This document shows, piece after piece, positions 1 to 10,076 of a stretch of DNA of 64,000 nucleotides. Source of the stretch: an uncultured delta proteobacterium (GTDB lineage: Bacteria; Desulfobacterota; Desulfobacteria; Desulfobacterales; B30-G6); NCBI GenBank assembly GCA_963823335.1, contig CAWGLD010000004.1, forward strand, positions 480,001 through 544,000, in the 5' to 3' direction. The translations under genes were made by a program, and so were the position numbers. Position 1 is the stretch's first letter. The number at the start of each line of letters is the position of its first letter. The notes under the pieces are model-generated. The model had not been told where the DNA came from and searched no databases. It was given only the letters and a program-made list of their open reading frames with translations.

Positions 1-1354
1 TGGCTGCAATCACCACACTGCCGTTGCGGACGGTGCCGGCAGCACTTTGTGCTGACCCATTCCGCCCCAAAATACCACCGGAGGTGTCCCTTTTGTGCGT
101 ATTCTGGCAACCATTATCTGCCATTTTATTCTTTTCCATACCGCCCTCTGATCTCTCTGAAGCATCCTGGCCGACAATCCGGTTGAATTTGTCTTTGAGA
201 TCCGCAAGAACGATCCTGTCCTGGGGTCGCGAAGGTCCGGCCACAGATGGTTCCACCTCAGAAATATCGAACTCGATGGTTTTGGAATATTCGGGATCCT
301 GTGTTCCGTCATAAAAAAGACCGGTTTCCCGAGTATAACACCCGACAATGTCTGCACGATCCTCCCGGTTGGTAATTTTTAGATAGTCGATGGTCTTTTC
401 ATCAACCGGAAAGAAACCCATGGTCGCACCATATTCAGGCGACATATTGGCAATCGTCGCCCGATCTGTCAATGTGAGCTGTTTCATTCCAGGACCATGG
501 AACTCGACAAATTTTTCGACAACATTTTCCGCCCGCAACATTTCAGTTATCCGCAGTACCAGATCAGTGGCCGTCACGCCCTGTTTCAATGCTCCGATCA
601 ATCTGACGCCAACGACTTCCGGTATTGACATGTAATAAGGCTGGCCCAGCATAACCGCTTCAGCCTCGATACCGCCAACGCCCCAGCCCATGACACCCAA
701 CCCATTGATCATGGTGGTATGTGAATCGGTTCCTACGAGGGTGTCCGGGAATGCAATCATCCCAGATCCGGTTTCTTCTGTAATGACAACCCGTCCCAGA
801 TATTCCAGATTGACCTGATGGCAGATACCGGAATTGGGCGGTACCACGCTGAAATGATCAAAACTTTTTTGAGCCCATTTCAAGAGTTCATATCGCTCCT
901 TATTTCTTTCGTATTCCTTGGCAACATTCTGTTTCAACGCATCGGGTGTCCCGAAGCTGTCGACCTGGATGGAATGGTCCACCACGAGCTCCACCGGAAC
1001 AAGCGGATTGATGATGCCAGGGTCACCACCCATGCTCTTGACGGCATCTCGCATGACGGCCAGATCCACCACAGCCGGCACCCCGGTAAAATCCTGCATC
1101 AGTACCCTGGCCGGATGATAGGGTATTTCCGGTGGCTCATCATAGTGCTTCCGCCATCGGGAAATGGCAAGGAGGTCCTGCTCCGTCACGATGGTACCAT
1201 CCAGTTTGCGCAAAAGATTTTCTACCAGTACCCTGATGGAAAACGGAAGCCGTTGAATATCGGCAATACCTTTTGCTTCAAGCTGTTGGATATCGAAAAT
1301 CGACAGAGTGTTTCGATTTGCATCAATGCGACGGACAAAATCTTTATGATTCAT
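1..1354 (-). CDS. acnA: Aconitate hydratase AcnA, 5' part (runs off window edge; absent from ORF track)
   Basis: Manual translation from ATG 1354: [10 protein letters not shown]...[66 protein letters not shown], which are AcnA/IRP motifs. Confidence 0.95.
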   Translation of the reverse strand, partial: MNHKDFVRRIDANRNTLSIFDIQQLEAKGIADIQRLPFSIRVLVENLLRKLDGTIVTEQDLLAISRWRKHYDEPPEIPYHPARVLMQDFTGVPAVVDLAVMRDAVKSMGGDPGIINPLVPVELVVDHSIQVDSFGTPDALKQNVAKEYERNKERYELLKWAQKSFDHFSVVPPNSGICHQVNLEYLGRVVITEETGSGMIAFPDTLVGTDSHTTMINGLGVMGWGVGGIEAEAVMLGQPYYMSIPEVVGVRLIGALKQGVTATDLVLRITEMLRAENVVEKFVEFHGPGMKQLTLTDRATIANMSPEYGATMGFFPVDEKTIDYLKITNREDRADIVGCYTRETGLFYDGTQDPEYSKTIEFDISEVEPSVAGPSRPQDRIVLADLKDKFNRIVGQDASERSEGGMEKNKMADNGCQNTHKRDTSGGILGRNGSAQSAAGTVRNGSVVIAA

Positions 1355-1545
1355 GGTTTTTCCCCCTTAATTTTTTTTGAAGCACCTTGCAACTTGTGGT
1401 GATGTACTTCAATAAAAAATTGATTATCATGGAATTTTAGGCTAAGCAATACACTTTAAACCATTCGCTGTTCAGGCTATAGACTGTTAGACATTTAACG
1501 GCTAATAGCCTACAGTCTACAGCCTGTACTGGCTTACCACTGAAA

Positions 1546-2430
1546 GTGATTATTTTGCATTGGACCGAACCAAAAAATATTTCTGAATGGGCTCAAAGAC
1601 TCCTTTCCGCAAGAACATTGATGATGAGTATGTTGCTGCTTGTTCTCGTCATTTCAGAACTCCGCTTTGACTGGTTGGAACAGACCCTGGGATCCTTTCT
1701 CGTCTCCACAAATGCCACCCGTCCCGAATCGGGTGCCATCTGGGAAATTGGAAAACAGACCCGAACAGCCCACCAGGCCATTGAAAAAATCGTCACCGAC
1801 CGCCGGACCTCTTATCGGGAAGCGGAGAATGCCACGAGTTTTAAACAGATAGCAGCCACCATCCAGCCGGAGGAATGGCTCCTGGTGCCGCCCGATCTAT
1901 TCCGCAAACTCTACCTGGAGTTGCCGTCTGAAGTAGCCCAGGAGATTATCCCGTCCTTTGAACTCCTCGAACTGATCAACAACCGGGATTGGGAACGAAC
2001 CTATTTTGAAAAAGATGGGGACGGTTTGAACATCTATATGCTCGACAAAGAGAATCGCGTTCTGAAACGTCTGCCGATTTCACCGGATCTCCTCTATATG
2101 ATGGCCGACAGTGATATGGCATTTGGCAAAAAACTCGAAGATTTTTCCATTTTTGAAGGTCGCATATATCCTGCCGATCTCTTTTTCCACGTCCTGAAAG
2201 ACCTGACCCTGGAGGTTAGAGACGGGGTTATTCGTCGTCCAGAGCATCTCCTCCGCATACCCGGAAATATTGTCAGGGTTGGTGTTTCAGACGAGACCGT
2301 ATCCGGATATATCCAGATCGGGTTTGAAATCGAGTCGGGTGCTCAGCAAATGGTGATACTGCTGAGGGGACATGAATGGGCGGTCTGGCGGCTGCATTCC
2401 TTACTGGAAAACAAACACTTGAATCCTTGA
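1546..2430 (+). CDS. Hypothetical protein with N-terminal TM helix
   Basis: 294-aa ORF, hydrophobic LMMSMLLLVLVI segment, co-oriented with the PBP gene. Confidence 0.7.
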   Translation: MIILHWTEPKNISEWAQRLLSARTLMMSMLLLVLVISELRFDWLEQTLGSFLVSTNATRPESGAIWEIGKQTRTAHQAIEKIVTDRRTSYREAENATSFKQIAATIQPEEWLLVPPDLFRKLYLELPSEVAQEIIPSFELLELINNRDWERTYFEKDGDGLNIYMLDKENRVLKRLPISPDLLYMMADSDMAFGKKLEDFSIFEGRIYPADLFFHVLKDLTLEVRDGVIRRPEHLLRIPGNIVRVGVSDETVSGYIQIGFEIESGAQQMVILLRGHEWAVWRLHSLLENKHLNP

Positions 2431-2652
2431 ATCCTGGACTCCTTGAACCCTTTCTCCCAACTGATTGGGAGATGATCCTAAAATTTGTATGTTTTGTGGG
2501 AAAAAAATTAAAAGCAATCACGAAAACACGAAAATTTTATCATGGTCTTTTTCGTGGTTTCGTACTTTCGTGATTTCGTGATGAAAAATCTTTATCTTTT
2601 CCGGGTTGGTTTTAGGCGATAAGCCGTTGATGGCCCATTAATAAGGTAACCC

Positions 2653-4671
2653 TTGTCAAAAGAAACTGTTATCAACACATTCAAATATCTAACGGGTTTC
2701 TATTACCTCGCACTGACCCTTGTTGGGCTTGGAGCGAGCTTTACCGTAATTCTGTTTTTTTTCGTTCTCCAGGATCTGCCCAGGGTTCCCGAACCCCTGA
2801 GCCGGATAATTGAAACACCTGCCACGGAAATCATTGCCGGAAGCGGTGAACGGATTCTCATTCTGGGTGGGAAAGAATCCATCCCTTTGGACCGTGTCTC
2901 CCCCTATTTTGTGCGGGCAGTCGTTGCAACCGAAGATCACCGCTTCTGGGAACATCATGGCGTCGATAAGCTTCGAACATTGAAGGCCTTGTGGATAACC
3001 CTGTTCGAACCCGGGAAAATACAGGGGGCCTCGACCATCACCCAGCAACTGGCTAAAAATATGTTCTTCAGCTTCAAGCGCTCCTACAAGCGAAAGTTTC
3101 ATGAGTTGCTGGTTGCTTTGCAGATCGAATCCCGTTACAGCAAAAACGACATCCTTCAGGCTTACATGAATCAAATCCCCTTCGGGGTAGGAGCCCATGG
3201 AATCGAAAACGCCTCCCAGACTTTTTTCGGGAAAAGTGCATCGGATTTGAATCTCGCTGAAGCCGCCCTCCTGGCAGGTCTTCCCAAATCACCCACACGT
3301 TACAATCCCTATCTCTATTTTGAGCGTGCCAAAGCGAGACAGCAAATCGTTCTGGGGAGAATGGTCGCCGTGGGCGCCATTTCAGGGGCAGAAGCCGACG
3401 CCGCTTACCAGAAACCTTTGCCACTTCAGCCCTTCAGTTCCGGCGCCCGTACGGGAAGTTACTTTATAGACGCCGTTATTCAACAGCTCGAAGATACCTA
3501 TGGACCCGAAATCGTCTACCATGGGGGCTTAAAAATCACCACAACCCTCGACCCGCAAATGCAGCGTTGGGCCGTGGAATCTATCAGGGACGGCATGGAA
3601 TCCCTGGACAACATCATGGGGCTGAAAAACAAACGTACTCAGGGCAATGACGATGAAAGGGAGCGCCCCCAGGGCGCACTGGTTGCCGTGGAAACCAATA
3701 CCGGTGCCGTAAAAGCCCTGGTTGGTGGTAGAAACTATGCTGCATCCGAGTACAATCGGGCCATACAAAATCACCGTCTGCCTGGATCAGGATTCAAACC
3801 GTTCCTGTATTATGCGGCATTTGACAAGCTGAACCTGCACCCGGCATCAGTTTTTGAAGATCAGCCCGTTCGTATTTCCATACCGGGCGCCGGAGACTGG
3901 CAACCACAAAATTTTTCTATGAAATTCGAAGGCCCCATGCTCTTGAAACAGGCCTTCATCCACTCCGTCAATACCGTTGCAGCTCAGTTGGTCGAGCTCA
4001 CAGGACCGGAGGCCGTGATTGCAGCGGCCAAAAATTTCGGCATTACCAGTTCTCTGGATCCTGTATATTCCATTGCCCTCGGCACCTCCGGTGTCAGCCC
4101 CCTGGAAATGGCATCTTCGTTTGCCACCTTCGCCACCAATGGTGTCCGCCACGAACCCTTTTTTATCAAGCGTGTGGAAGACGCTGCAGGCAGAATTCTG
4201 GAGGAGCACATTGTCAGGGGCCAGAAACATCTCGACCCGGCATGCGTGTATCAGGTGGTGGATATGATGCGGGGGGTGGTCGATGAGGGAACGGCCAGCA
4301 TGGTAAGGCAGATGGGTTTCAAGTTGACGGCGGCGGGTAAAACCGGCACCACCAATCAATACAAAGATGCATGGTTTACAGGGTTCACACCCACCCTCTG
4401 CACCTCTGTCTGGATCGGTTACGACAGGGAAATGGGTTTGCGGGATGCCAATCGTGTAGGCATCACCGGCAGCCGGGGAGCCTCGCCCATCTGGGTGGAT
4501 TTCATGATGAAAGCCACGGCCGGGGAACCATCCAGAGAGTTCGCCATGCCGCCCAATATCCACTTTGAAAGTGTCGATGCCGCCACAGGCAAAAAAGCCT
4601 CCTTCTTTACGGATGCGCCTGTACAGGTGGTGTTAAAAAATGGCCAGGAGTTAAAAAGATTGTGGCAATAA
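2653..4671 (+). CDS. Penicillin-binding protein 1A family (transglycosylase/transpeptidase)
   Basis: EDHRFWEHHG and GASTITQQLAKN (TG); SGFK (SxxK), SVN, KTGT (TP). Confidence 0.95.
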   Translation: MSKETVINTFKYLTGFYYLALTLVGLGASFTVILFFFVLQDLPRVPEPLSRIIETPATEIIAGSGERILILGGKESIPLDRVSPYFVRAVVATEDHRFWEHHGVDKLRTLKALWITLFEPGKIQGASTITQQLAKNMFFSFKRSYKRKFHELLVALQIESRYSKNDILQAYMNQIPFGVGAHGIENASQTFFGKSASDLNLAEAALLAGLPKSPTRYNPYLYFERAKARQQIVLGRMVAVGAISGAEADAAYQKPLPLQPFSSGARTGSYFIDAVIQQLEDTYGPEIVYHGGLKITTTLDPQMQRWAVESIRDGMESLDNIMGLKNKRTQGNDDERERPQGALVAVETNTGAVKALVGGRNYAASEYNRAIQNHRLPGSGFKPFLYYAAFDKLNLHPASVFEDQPVRISIPGAGDWQPQNFSMKFEGPMLLKQAFIHSVNTVAAQLVELTGPEAVIAAAKNFGITSSLDPVYSIALGTSGVSPLEMASSFATFATNGVRHEPFFIKRVEDAAGRILEEHIVRGQKHLDPACVYQVVDMMRGVVDEGTASMVRQMGFKLTAAGKTGTTNQYKDAWFTGFTPTLCTSVWIGYDREMGLRDANRVGITGSRGASPIWVDFMMKATAGEPSREFAMPPNIHFESVDAATGKKASFFTDAPVQVVLKNGQELKRLWQ

Positions 4672-4792
4672 AATCGATGTACGATTTTATTTGAAGCGAC
4701 GTTGTCGCTTTTTACTTCATCATTCGACATTGGATATTCTTGCAATTAGACGCTTACCGGATTGTTAGAGCTTATCTGGAATAGGAAATATT

Positions 4793-6250
4793 GTGATCCA
4801 TGCACTGAAACATATGGCGATCCGATTATGGCTGACTATTCTGATTGGAAGCCTCACAGCACTGGCCGGTTTGCAGGCATTTGGAATGCCATTCGGGCTC
4901 GAATGGGCATTTGCTCTGGCAGCCCCTGTTTTTGTGGCGGTGTTCTATGCCATCGGCTGGCTTTTCAACCGACTTGGGCTGAATCTGGTTCGACGCTTTA
5001 TCAACGAAGCCTCTGTCTGGGAAAGAGCCGGGAAAACACCCCAGACTGAAAAACTCCTCCGAAAAGCTGTAGCCGTATTTGACAGCTTCCTTATATCACC
5101 GTACAACAAAGAAAGGCGTGCGCTCGAACTGACCGGGCACATGGCCCGTTTCTACCTGACACAGACGGATATCAGCCCTGAAGCCGAAGATACCATACTG
5201 GCCTACCTGAAAATGCGACCGGAAGACCATGCGGTAGCCGAAGCATGGCTGCAACGCCTCGAAAACAAGGATCGAAACCCCAAAGAGATGGAAAGCCTGT
5301 TGTCCTTCCTCGGAAAATCCCAGAGCGACAACCCCACAGTTCACACATTGATTGCCCGGCGCTATCTTACGGACAGACGAACCGACTTTCAGGCATTGCA
5401 GAGTTACCGCCGTTTCATCGAAAACAACCAGAATCCGGATGAATCCATGATCATCCAAATGGCTGAACTGTTCTTCGAAAAAAGGCGTATGGATGCATGG
5501 GCCCTGCAAGCCTATATAACAGCATATAAACTGGATAGAAAAAGACGTCATCTCATCCATGGCATTGCCGCCTGTTTGTACGGGACACAAGAGGACATCA
5601 CCGATTCAGCTTTAATAAATGAAGCCAGGGCATTCCTTTCGAAAATCGACGAAACAGTGCTGAAGAAAATGGTTGCAGGATTCAGGCCCGTTGCACCCCC
5701 GGCGGGAAAAGCGGATATATCCCCAAAAACCGGCATGCTGAAAACGCTGGCCACTGCCACGCTAGGAGCGGCCCGGACATTGACCACCGGCATCACGTCT
5801 GGGGTGACATTATCCATTGCAATGCTCACGGCAGCATATCGACATATCCGGGAATACCCAAAATTGAAACCAATCCTCAGGTGGACAGCCGTAGGTCTTG
5901 CCGGAGCCGGTCTCGTGATACTGGGTATCAATACAACAAGCTATCTGATGCAGAGCAGACCATCGGAACCCGAAAAAATTGAAACGTCACCAGCCGTGGT
6001 GATCACAGACCCGTATACCCTCCAGGTTGCCGCCTATCTCAAGATCGAGCATGCAGAAAACTACGTCGCACAATTGAAACAATCCGGTCTGGATGCCTAC
6101 TGGACAAAAGCCCAGGGTACCAAGAGCAAATGGTATCAGGTCAGGCTTTCCCACTTTGCCGACAAGGCCTCTGCACGTGCCTACGGCGACAGCTTGAAAG
6201 CCAAGGGCATTATCGACGATTTCTATGTGGCCAACTATCAGCAGCCGTGA
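4793..6250 (+). CDS. SPOR-domain membrane protein
   Basis: C-terminal YTLQVAAY...AENYVAQLKQSGLDAY...WYQVRLSHFADKASA is SPOR-like; TM segments upstream. Confidence 0.8.
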   Translation: MIHALKHMAIRLWLTILIGSLTALAGLQAFGMPFGLEWAFALAAPVFVAVFYAIGWLFNRLGLNLVRRFINEASVWERAGKTPQTEKLLRKAVAVFDSFLISPYNKERRALELTGHMARFYLTQTDISPEAEDTILAYLKMRPEDHAVAEAWLQRLENKDRNPKEMESLLSFLGKSQSDNPTVHTLIARRYLTDRRTDFQALQSYRRFIENNQNPDESMIIQMAELFFEKRRMDAWALQAYITAYKLDRKRRHLIHGIAACLYGTQEDITDSALINEARAFLSKIDETVLKKMVAGFRPVAPPAGKADISPKTGMLKTLATATLGAARTLTTGITSGVTLSIAMLTAAYRHIREYPKLKPILRWTAVGLAGAGLVILGINTTSYLMQSRPSEPEKIETSPAVVITDPYTLQVAAYLKIEHAENYVAQLKQSGLDAYWTKAQGTKSKWYQVRLSHFADKASARAYGDSLKAKGIIDDFYVANYQQP

Positions 6251-6256
6251 TGTTGT

Positions 6257-6325
6257 TAGAAACCATCTAAGAAACGTCTTTTGGCCAAAATCCTGTGTTG
6301 GGCTCCCGTTTCAAGTCCTCAAAAT
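6257..6325 (+). mobile_element. Truncated copy (one end) of the MITE family with IS5-like termini
   Basis: TAGAAACCATCTAAGAAACGTCTTTTGGCCAAAATCCTGTGTTGGG...TTTCAAGTCCTCAAAAT aligns with 22457.. and the reverse complement of 48831.. Confidence 0.65.
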
Positions 6326-6347
6326 CGTTTCACGACGTTATTTGTAT

Positions 6348-6396
6348 TTGACACGCGCGCTTCTTTTCGTTAACCTCTCTCCGCTATATGGATAAC
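6348..6396 (+). promoter_or_regulatory. Sigma70 promoter overlapped by a BirA operator
   Basis: TTGACA (6348-6353)-17-TAACCT (6371-6376); GTTAACC-N14-GGATAAC palindrome (6369-6396) upstream of birA-bioY. Confidence 0.75.
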
Positions 6397-6416
6397 CAAA
6401 CAAAACTTACAATTAG

Positions 6417-6496
6417 GGGACGATGGTGAAATATCGACATTTGGAGTTGTCTCTTCTTTTTCAGTCTTTTTAATGTCAATATTTCACCATCGTCCC
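6417..6496. repeat. Palindromic REP/MITE-like element, copy 1
   Basis: 25-bp inverted arms GGGACGATGGTGAAATATCGACATT / AATGTCAATATTTCACCATCGTCCC (1 mismatch). Confidence 0.85.
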
Positions 6497-6523
6497 GTAG
6501 CTCTTTTTGGAGTACTCTATTAA

Positions 6524-7459
6524 GTGAAGTCCCAACTGCTCAAAATACTGAACGAAAAGACTGATTTTATTTCTGGCGAAGCGCTCAGCAAGCATCTGGG
6601 TGTCTCCCGGGTAGCTGTCTGGAAACATATTCAGAAACTACAGGCCTGTGGATACGACATCCATTCGGGGCCCAGGGGATATCGTCTCATCCGGTCTCCT
6701 GATACGCCCTTTCCCTGGGAATTTCCAGAAAGGGAATCCCGAATGCATTTTTTCGATACAGCAGGCTCGACCATGGACATCGCCAGGGAACTTGCCAGGA
6801 AGGGCTGCCCGGATTTTACCGTCGTGATTGCCGAAACCCAGACCAGCGGCCGTGGTAGGATGGACCGCAACTGGGTGTCACCACAAGGCGGGCTCTATTT
6901 TACCCTGGTGATAAGACCGCACATACCACCGGTGATGAGCCCTCTGGTCAATTTCGGTACTGCAGTTGTTCTGGCCAGAACACTCCAGGAATTCTGTGGT
7001 GTCGATGCCCGTGTCAAATGGCCCAACGATGTCCTGATACACGGCAGAAAAGTGTCTGGAATGCTGTCTGAAATGGAAGCCGCCGGTGACCAGGTCTCGT
7101 TCGTCAATATCGGTATCGGTATCAACATGAACAACGACCTGCCTCCTGACCTGCCATGCGCAACCTCCATCAAGAATACCTCCGGAAAAACCTGTTCCAG
7201 AATCGCGTTTCTATCTGAATTCCTGAATCGCCTGGAAAACAGGATTCACCAGCCGGATCTGACTAGTGTCATTGCGGAATGGAAGACCTGTTCCGCCACC
7301 CTGGGACAGCCGGTCAGAATTGTCTCGCGTCAGGGTGTTACAGAAGGAAAGGCAGTGGATGTGGACCCAAACGGCGCCCTGGTCGTGCGCACGGCAGGTG
7401 GTGTTTTAAAAAAGATGTATTATGGAGACTGCTTTCACAGCAACCCTCAGGAGCTGTGA
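6524..7459 (+). CDS. birA: Bifunctional biotin--protein ligase / biotin operon repressor
   Basis: N-terminal HTH (SGEALSKHLGVSRVAVWKHI), QTSGRGR, KWPND, KVSG. Confidence 0.95.
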   Translation: MKSQLLKILNEKTDFISGEALSKHLGVSRVAVWKHIQKLQACGYDIHSGPRGYRLIRSPDTPFPWEFPERESRMHFFDTAGSTMDIARELARKGCPDFTVVIAETQTSGRGRMDRNWVSPQGGLYFTLVIRPHIPPVMSPLVNFGTAVVLARTLQEFCGVDARVKWPNDVLIHGRKVSGMLSEMEAAGDQVSFVNIGIGINMNNDLPPDLPCATSIKNTSGKTCSRIAFLSEFLNRLENRIHQPDLTSVIAEWKTCSATLGQPVRIVSRQGVTEGKAVDVDPNGALVVRTAGGVLKKMYYGDCFHSNPQEL

Positions 7460-7460
7460 C

Positions 7461-7621
7461 AAGCTCTAAATTCGAATACCGAAATACGAAACAAATCCAA
7501 ATATCGAATGTTCAAATGACCAAAACAGCCCATGGATTTATACGTTATCCTGTTTGTTTTGATCATTCGAATTTGGGTCGTTGGATATTGTTTAGGATTT
7601 CGATATTCATGCTTGAGATTT
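7461..7621. repeat. Long imperfect intergenic inverted repeat
   Basis: Arms TCGAATGTTCAAATGACCAAAACAG ... CTGTTTGTTTTGATCATTCGA, with outer CGAAAT/ATTTCG-type units. Confidence 0.6.
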
Positions 7622-7647
7622 AATTTTTCATACCTTGGATTTAAATC

Positions 7648-8169
7648 ATGGATCAGCTTCGAATGACCGCCTATGCCTCTCTTCTAGCCGCTTTGACAGC
7701 AGTTGGCGCCTATATAGCCATACCTGTCGGGCCGGTGCCCATTGTTCTCCAAAATCTGTTTGTCTATCTGACCGGCCTGCTCCTCGGCAGCCGATGGGGG
7801 ATGATGGGGATCGCGGCATACCTGCTGGCCGGTGCTGTAGGTCTTCCGGTCTTTGCCGGTGGAAAAGGCGGTATCGGGCATCTGGTTGGCCCGACCGGTG
7901 GTTATCTCCTGGGATTCCTGCCTGCCGTTGCCATCATCGGCCTCGTCACGGAAAAGACCGGGGGAAAAATCCTGTTTGGGATAGGGGCCCTGATTGCCGG
8001 GACTGCCGTCATCTATGCCTGTGGGGTTACCTGGCTGAGTATCGTCACCGGCATGACAGTCGTCCAGTCGCTGTTCGTGGGAATGGTTCCTTTTCTCCTC
8101 GGGGATGCCGTAAAAATAGCTGCGGCTCTTTTCATTGCCAGATCCCTGCGGCCGATAATACAAAAATAA
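7648..8169 (+). CDS. bioY: Biotin ECF transporter S component BioY
   Basis: PVPIVLQ, GLPVFAGG, GPTGGYLLGF motifs; next to birA. Confidence 0.95.
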   Translation: MDQLRMTAYASLLAALTAVGAYIAIPVGPVPIVLQNLFVYLTGLLLGSRWGMMGIAAYLLAGAVGLPVFAGGKGGIGHLVGPTGGYLLGFLPAVAIIGLVTEKTGGKILFGIGALIAGTAVIYACGVTWLSIVTGMTVVQSLFVGMVPFLLGDAVKIAAALFIARSLRPIIQK

Positions 8170-8236
8170 AATCGTTACATGATGCTATATGACGCGACTT
8201 CGTCGCTATTATAAGCTTGGTATGAACGCATACAGT

Positions 8237-9034
8237 ATGATGAACACAGACCCTATAAAAGATAAAGAGCCAGCACCTACCCGAAAGGAGATCATAACCA
8301 TCGAGCACCTGTCCCATCGTTTTTCAGATCAGGGTATAGGTCTTGATGATATCACCCTCACCATCTGTTCGGGGGAATTCGTAATACTTGCTGGACCCAA
8401 TGGGTCGGGCAAATCCACACTCCTGAAACATCTGAACGGCATTCTTTCCCCCTCGGAGGGAACCATCCTTTTGAAGGGTCGTCCTGTTTCGGAAGATCTT
8501 CAGCGGGCGCGTCGACTGGTGGGAATGGTCTTCCAGGATGCCGACAGCCAGATCGTGGGGGAAACCGTCTGGGAGGATACCGCTTTCGGCCCCCAAAATC
8601 TTTCCCTGAAAAAATCGGTCATTCAAGAAAAAGTACAGACAGCCCTGGAGACGGTGGGGATGGCACACCTGGCAGAAAAACCACCCTATCTCCTTTCCGG
8701 CGGTGAAAAAAGGCGGCTTGCCATCGCAGGCGTACTCGCCATGGACCCACAGATAATCGCTTTTGACGAGCCTTTTTCAAATCTGGATTTTCCCGGCACC
8801 TGTCAGGTTCTGGATCAGATGCTCCGACTGCAGCAAAATGGGCACACACTTATCGTGGCCACCCATGAACTTGACAGGGTGTATCGCATGGCCGATAGAC
8901 TGATCATCATGCGTAATGGCCGCTTGGTGAAAGACGGCACACCCAGAGCCGTTCTGACAGATGCCGCTGGTTACGGTCTCAAGCTGCCTTTCATGGATGT
9001 TTCCGCCCCGGAAAAAGACCCATGGCAACCCTGA
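8237..9034 (+). CDS. bioM: ECF transporter ATPase (BioM/EcfA); start uncertain (8189-8240)
   Basis: GPNGSGKST, VFQD, LSGGEKRR, FDEP. Confidence 0.85.
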   Translation: MMNTDPIKDKEPAPTRKEIITIEHLSHRFSDQGIGLDDITLTICSGEFVILAGPNGSGKSTLLKHLNGILSPSEGTILLKGRPVSEDLQRARRLVGMVFQDADSQIVGETVWEDTAFGPQNLSLKKSVIQEKVQTALETVGMAHLAEKPPYLLSGGEKRRLAIAGVLAMDPQIIAFDEPFSNLDFPGTCQVLDQMLRLQQNGHTLIVATHELDRVYRMADRLIIMRNGRLVKDGTPRAVLTDAAGYGLKLPFMDVSAPEKDPWQP

Positions 9035-9777
9035 CCCCCTTCCATTACCGCCACGGAGACTCGGTCCTGCATGTTCTTGATGCCCGATTCAAAATCGTGC
9101 TGATGGTGATGTTCAGTCTGTCTCTCCTCGATGCATCGCCCCTGGGTCTCTGCGCTTTGGCATTGTTGCTGGTATTTCTGTTTCTGCATACCCGGATACC
9201 CATCACATCCGTGATAGCAGAGTTGCGCTATTTTTTCGTTTTGCTACTGCTTGTGTTTGTTCTCAGGCTCATTTCAACCCAAGGCGATCCCCTTTTCAAG
9301 ACACCATGGATCAGCCTGTCAAAACAGGGCTTTATAGAAGGCGCCATGGTGTGCTGGCGCTTGTTGATGGTCGTTTTGCTGGGTTTCCTCTTTATTTCCA
9401 CGACCCGTATCTCGGCCATAAAAGCCTCTGTACAGCGGCTCCTGGCCCCTGTTCCCCTGATACCCGAAAAACGTATGGCCACCATGATGGGGCTGATCGT
9501 ACGCTTCATACCTGTCATCTTTCAAAAAACTCGCGATATTTCCGAAGCCCAGAAAGCCCGCTGCGTGGAACTTCGAAAAAATCCCCTCTATCGACTCGAA
9601 GCCTTTGCCATGCCGCTCATGCGCGGTGTGTTTCAGGATGCCGACAAACTTGCCATGGCGATGGTCGCAAGATGCTACCATGAGAACCAGCCTGTCGAAA
9701 CCACGGCAGCTCGGAAACGCGACTGGCTGGTGCTGGCATCCGGGGGACTGTTTTGCTTGTTTCTTCTATTTATCTGA
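9022..9777 (+). CDS. bioN: ECF transporter T component (BioN/EcfT)
   Basis: LHVLDARFK, RFIP, AQKAR and MVAR X-R motifs. Confidence 0.85.
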   Translation: MATLTPFHYRHGDSVLHVLDARFKIVLMVMFSLSLLDASPLGLCALALLLVFLFLHTRIPITSVIAELRYFFVLLLLVFVLRLISTQGDPLFKTPWISLSKQGFIEGAMVCWRLLMVVLLGFLFISTTRISAIKASVQRLLAPVPLIPEKRMATMMGLIVRFIPVIFQKTRDISEAQKARCVELRKNPLYRLEAFAMPLMRGVFQDADKLAMAMVARCYHENQPVETTAARKRDWLVLASGGLFCLFLLFI

Positions 9778-9855
9778 TGGATGACCACTGCATCGAACTT
9801 GTGGTTTGCTTTTTCGTCTTTGTTTGTGATTTGATATTTTGAGTCATTTTTTAAG

Positions 9856-9942
9856 GGGACGATGGTGAAATATTGATATTTAGTCCTGGGATTTCTAACT
9901 TTTTCTCGAATTATTTAAATATCAATATTTCACCATCGTCCC
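9856..9942. repeat. Palindromic REP/MITE-like element, copy 2
   Basis: Perfect 27-bp inverted arms GGGACGATGGTGAAATATTGATATTTA / TAAATATCAATATTTCACCATCGTCCC. Confidence 0.85.
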
Positions 9943-9956
9943 TAGTATTCTGACCA

Positions 9957-9985
9957 TTGACACCTTCTCCTCCCTATAATAAAGT
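9957..9985 (+). promoter_or_regulatory. Putative sigma70 promoter of trkAH
   Basis: TTGACA-17-TAAAGT. Confidence 0.45.
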
Positions 9986-10076
9986 CGTTGCTGCAATGAT
10001 GGTTCTTATCATAAACACAATATCATTTTGGATAGTTGTAGGCTTTTTGGATTTATAACAAGGGGAGTGGAGCCCA

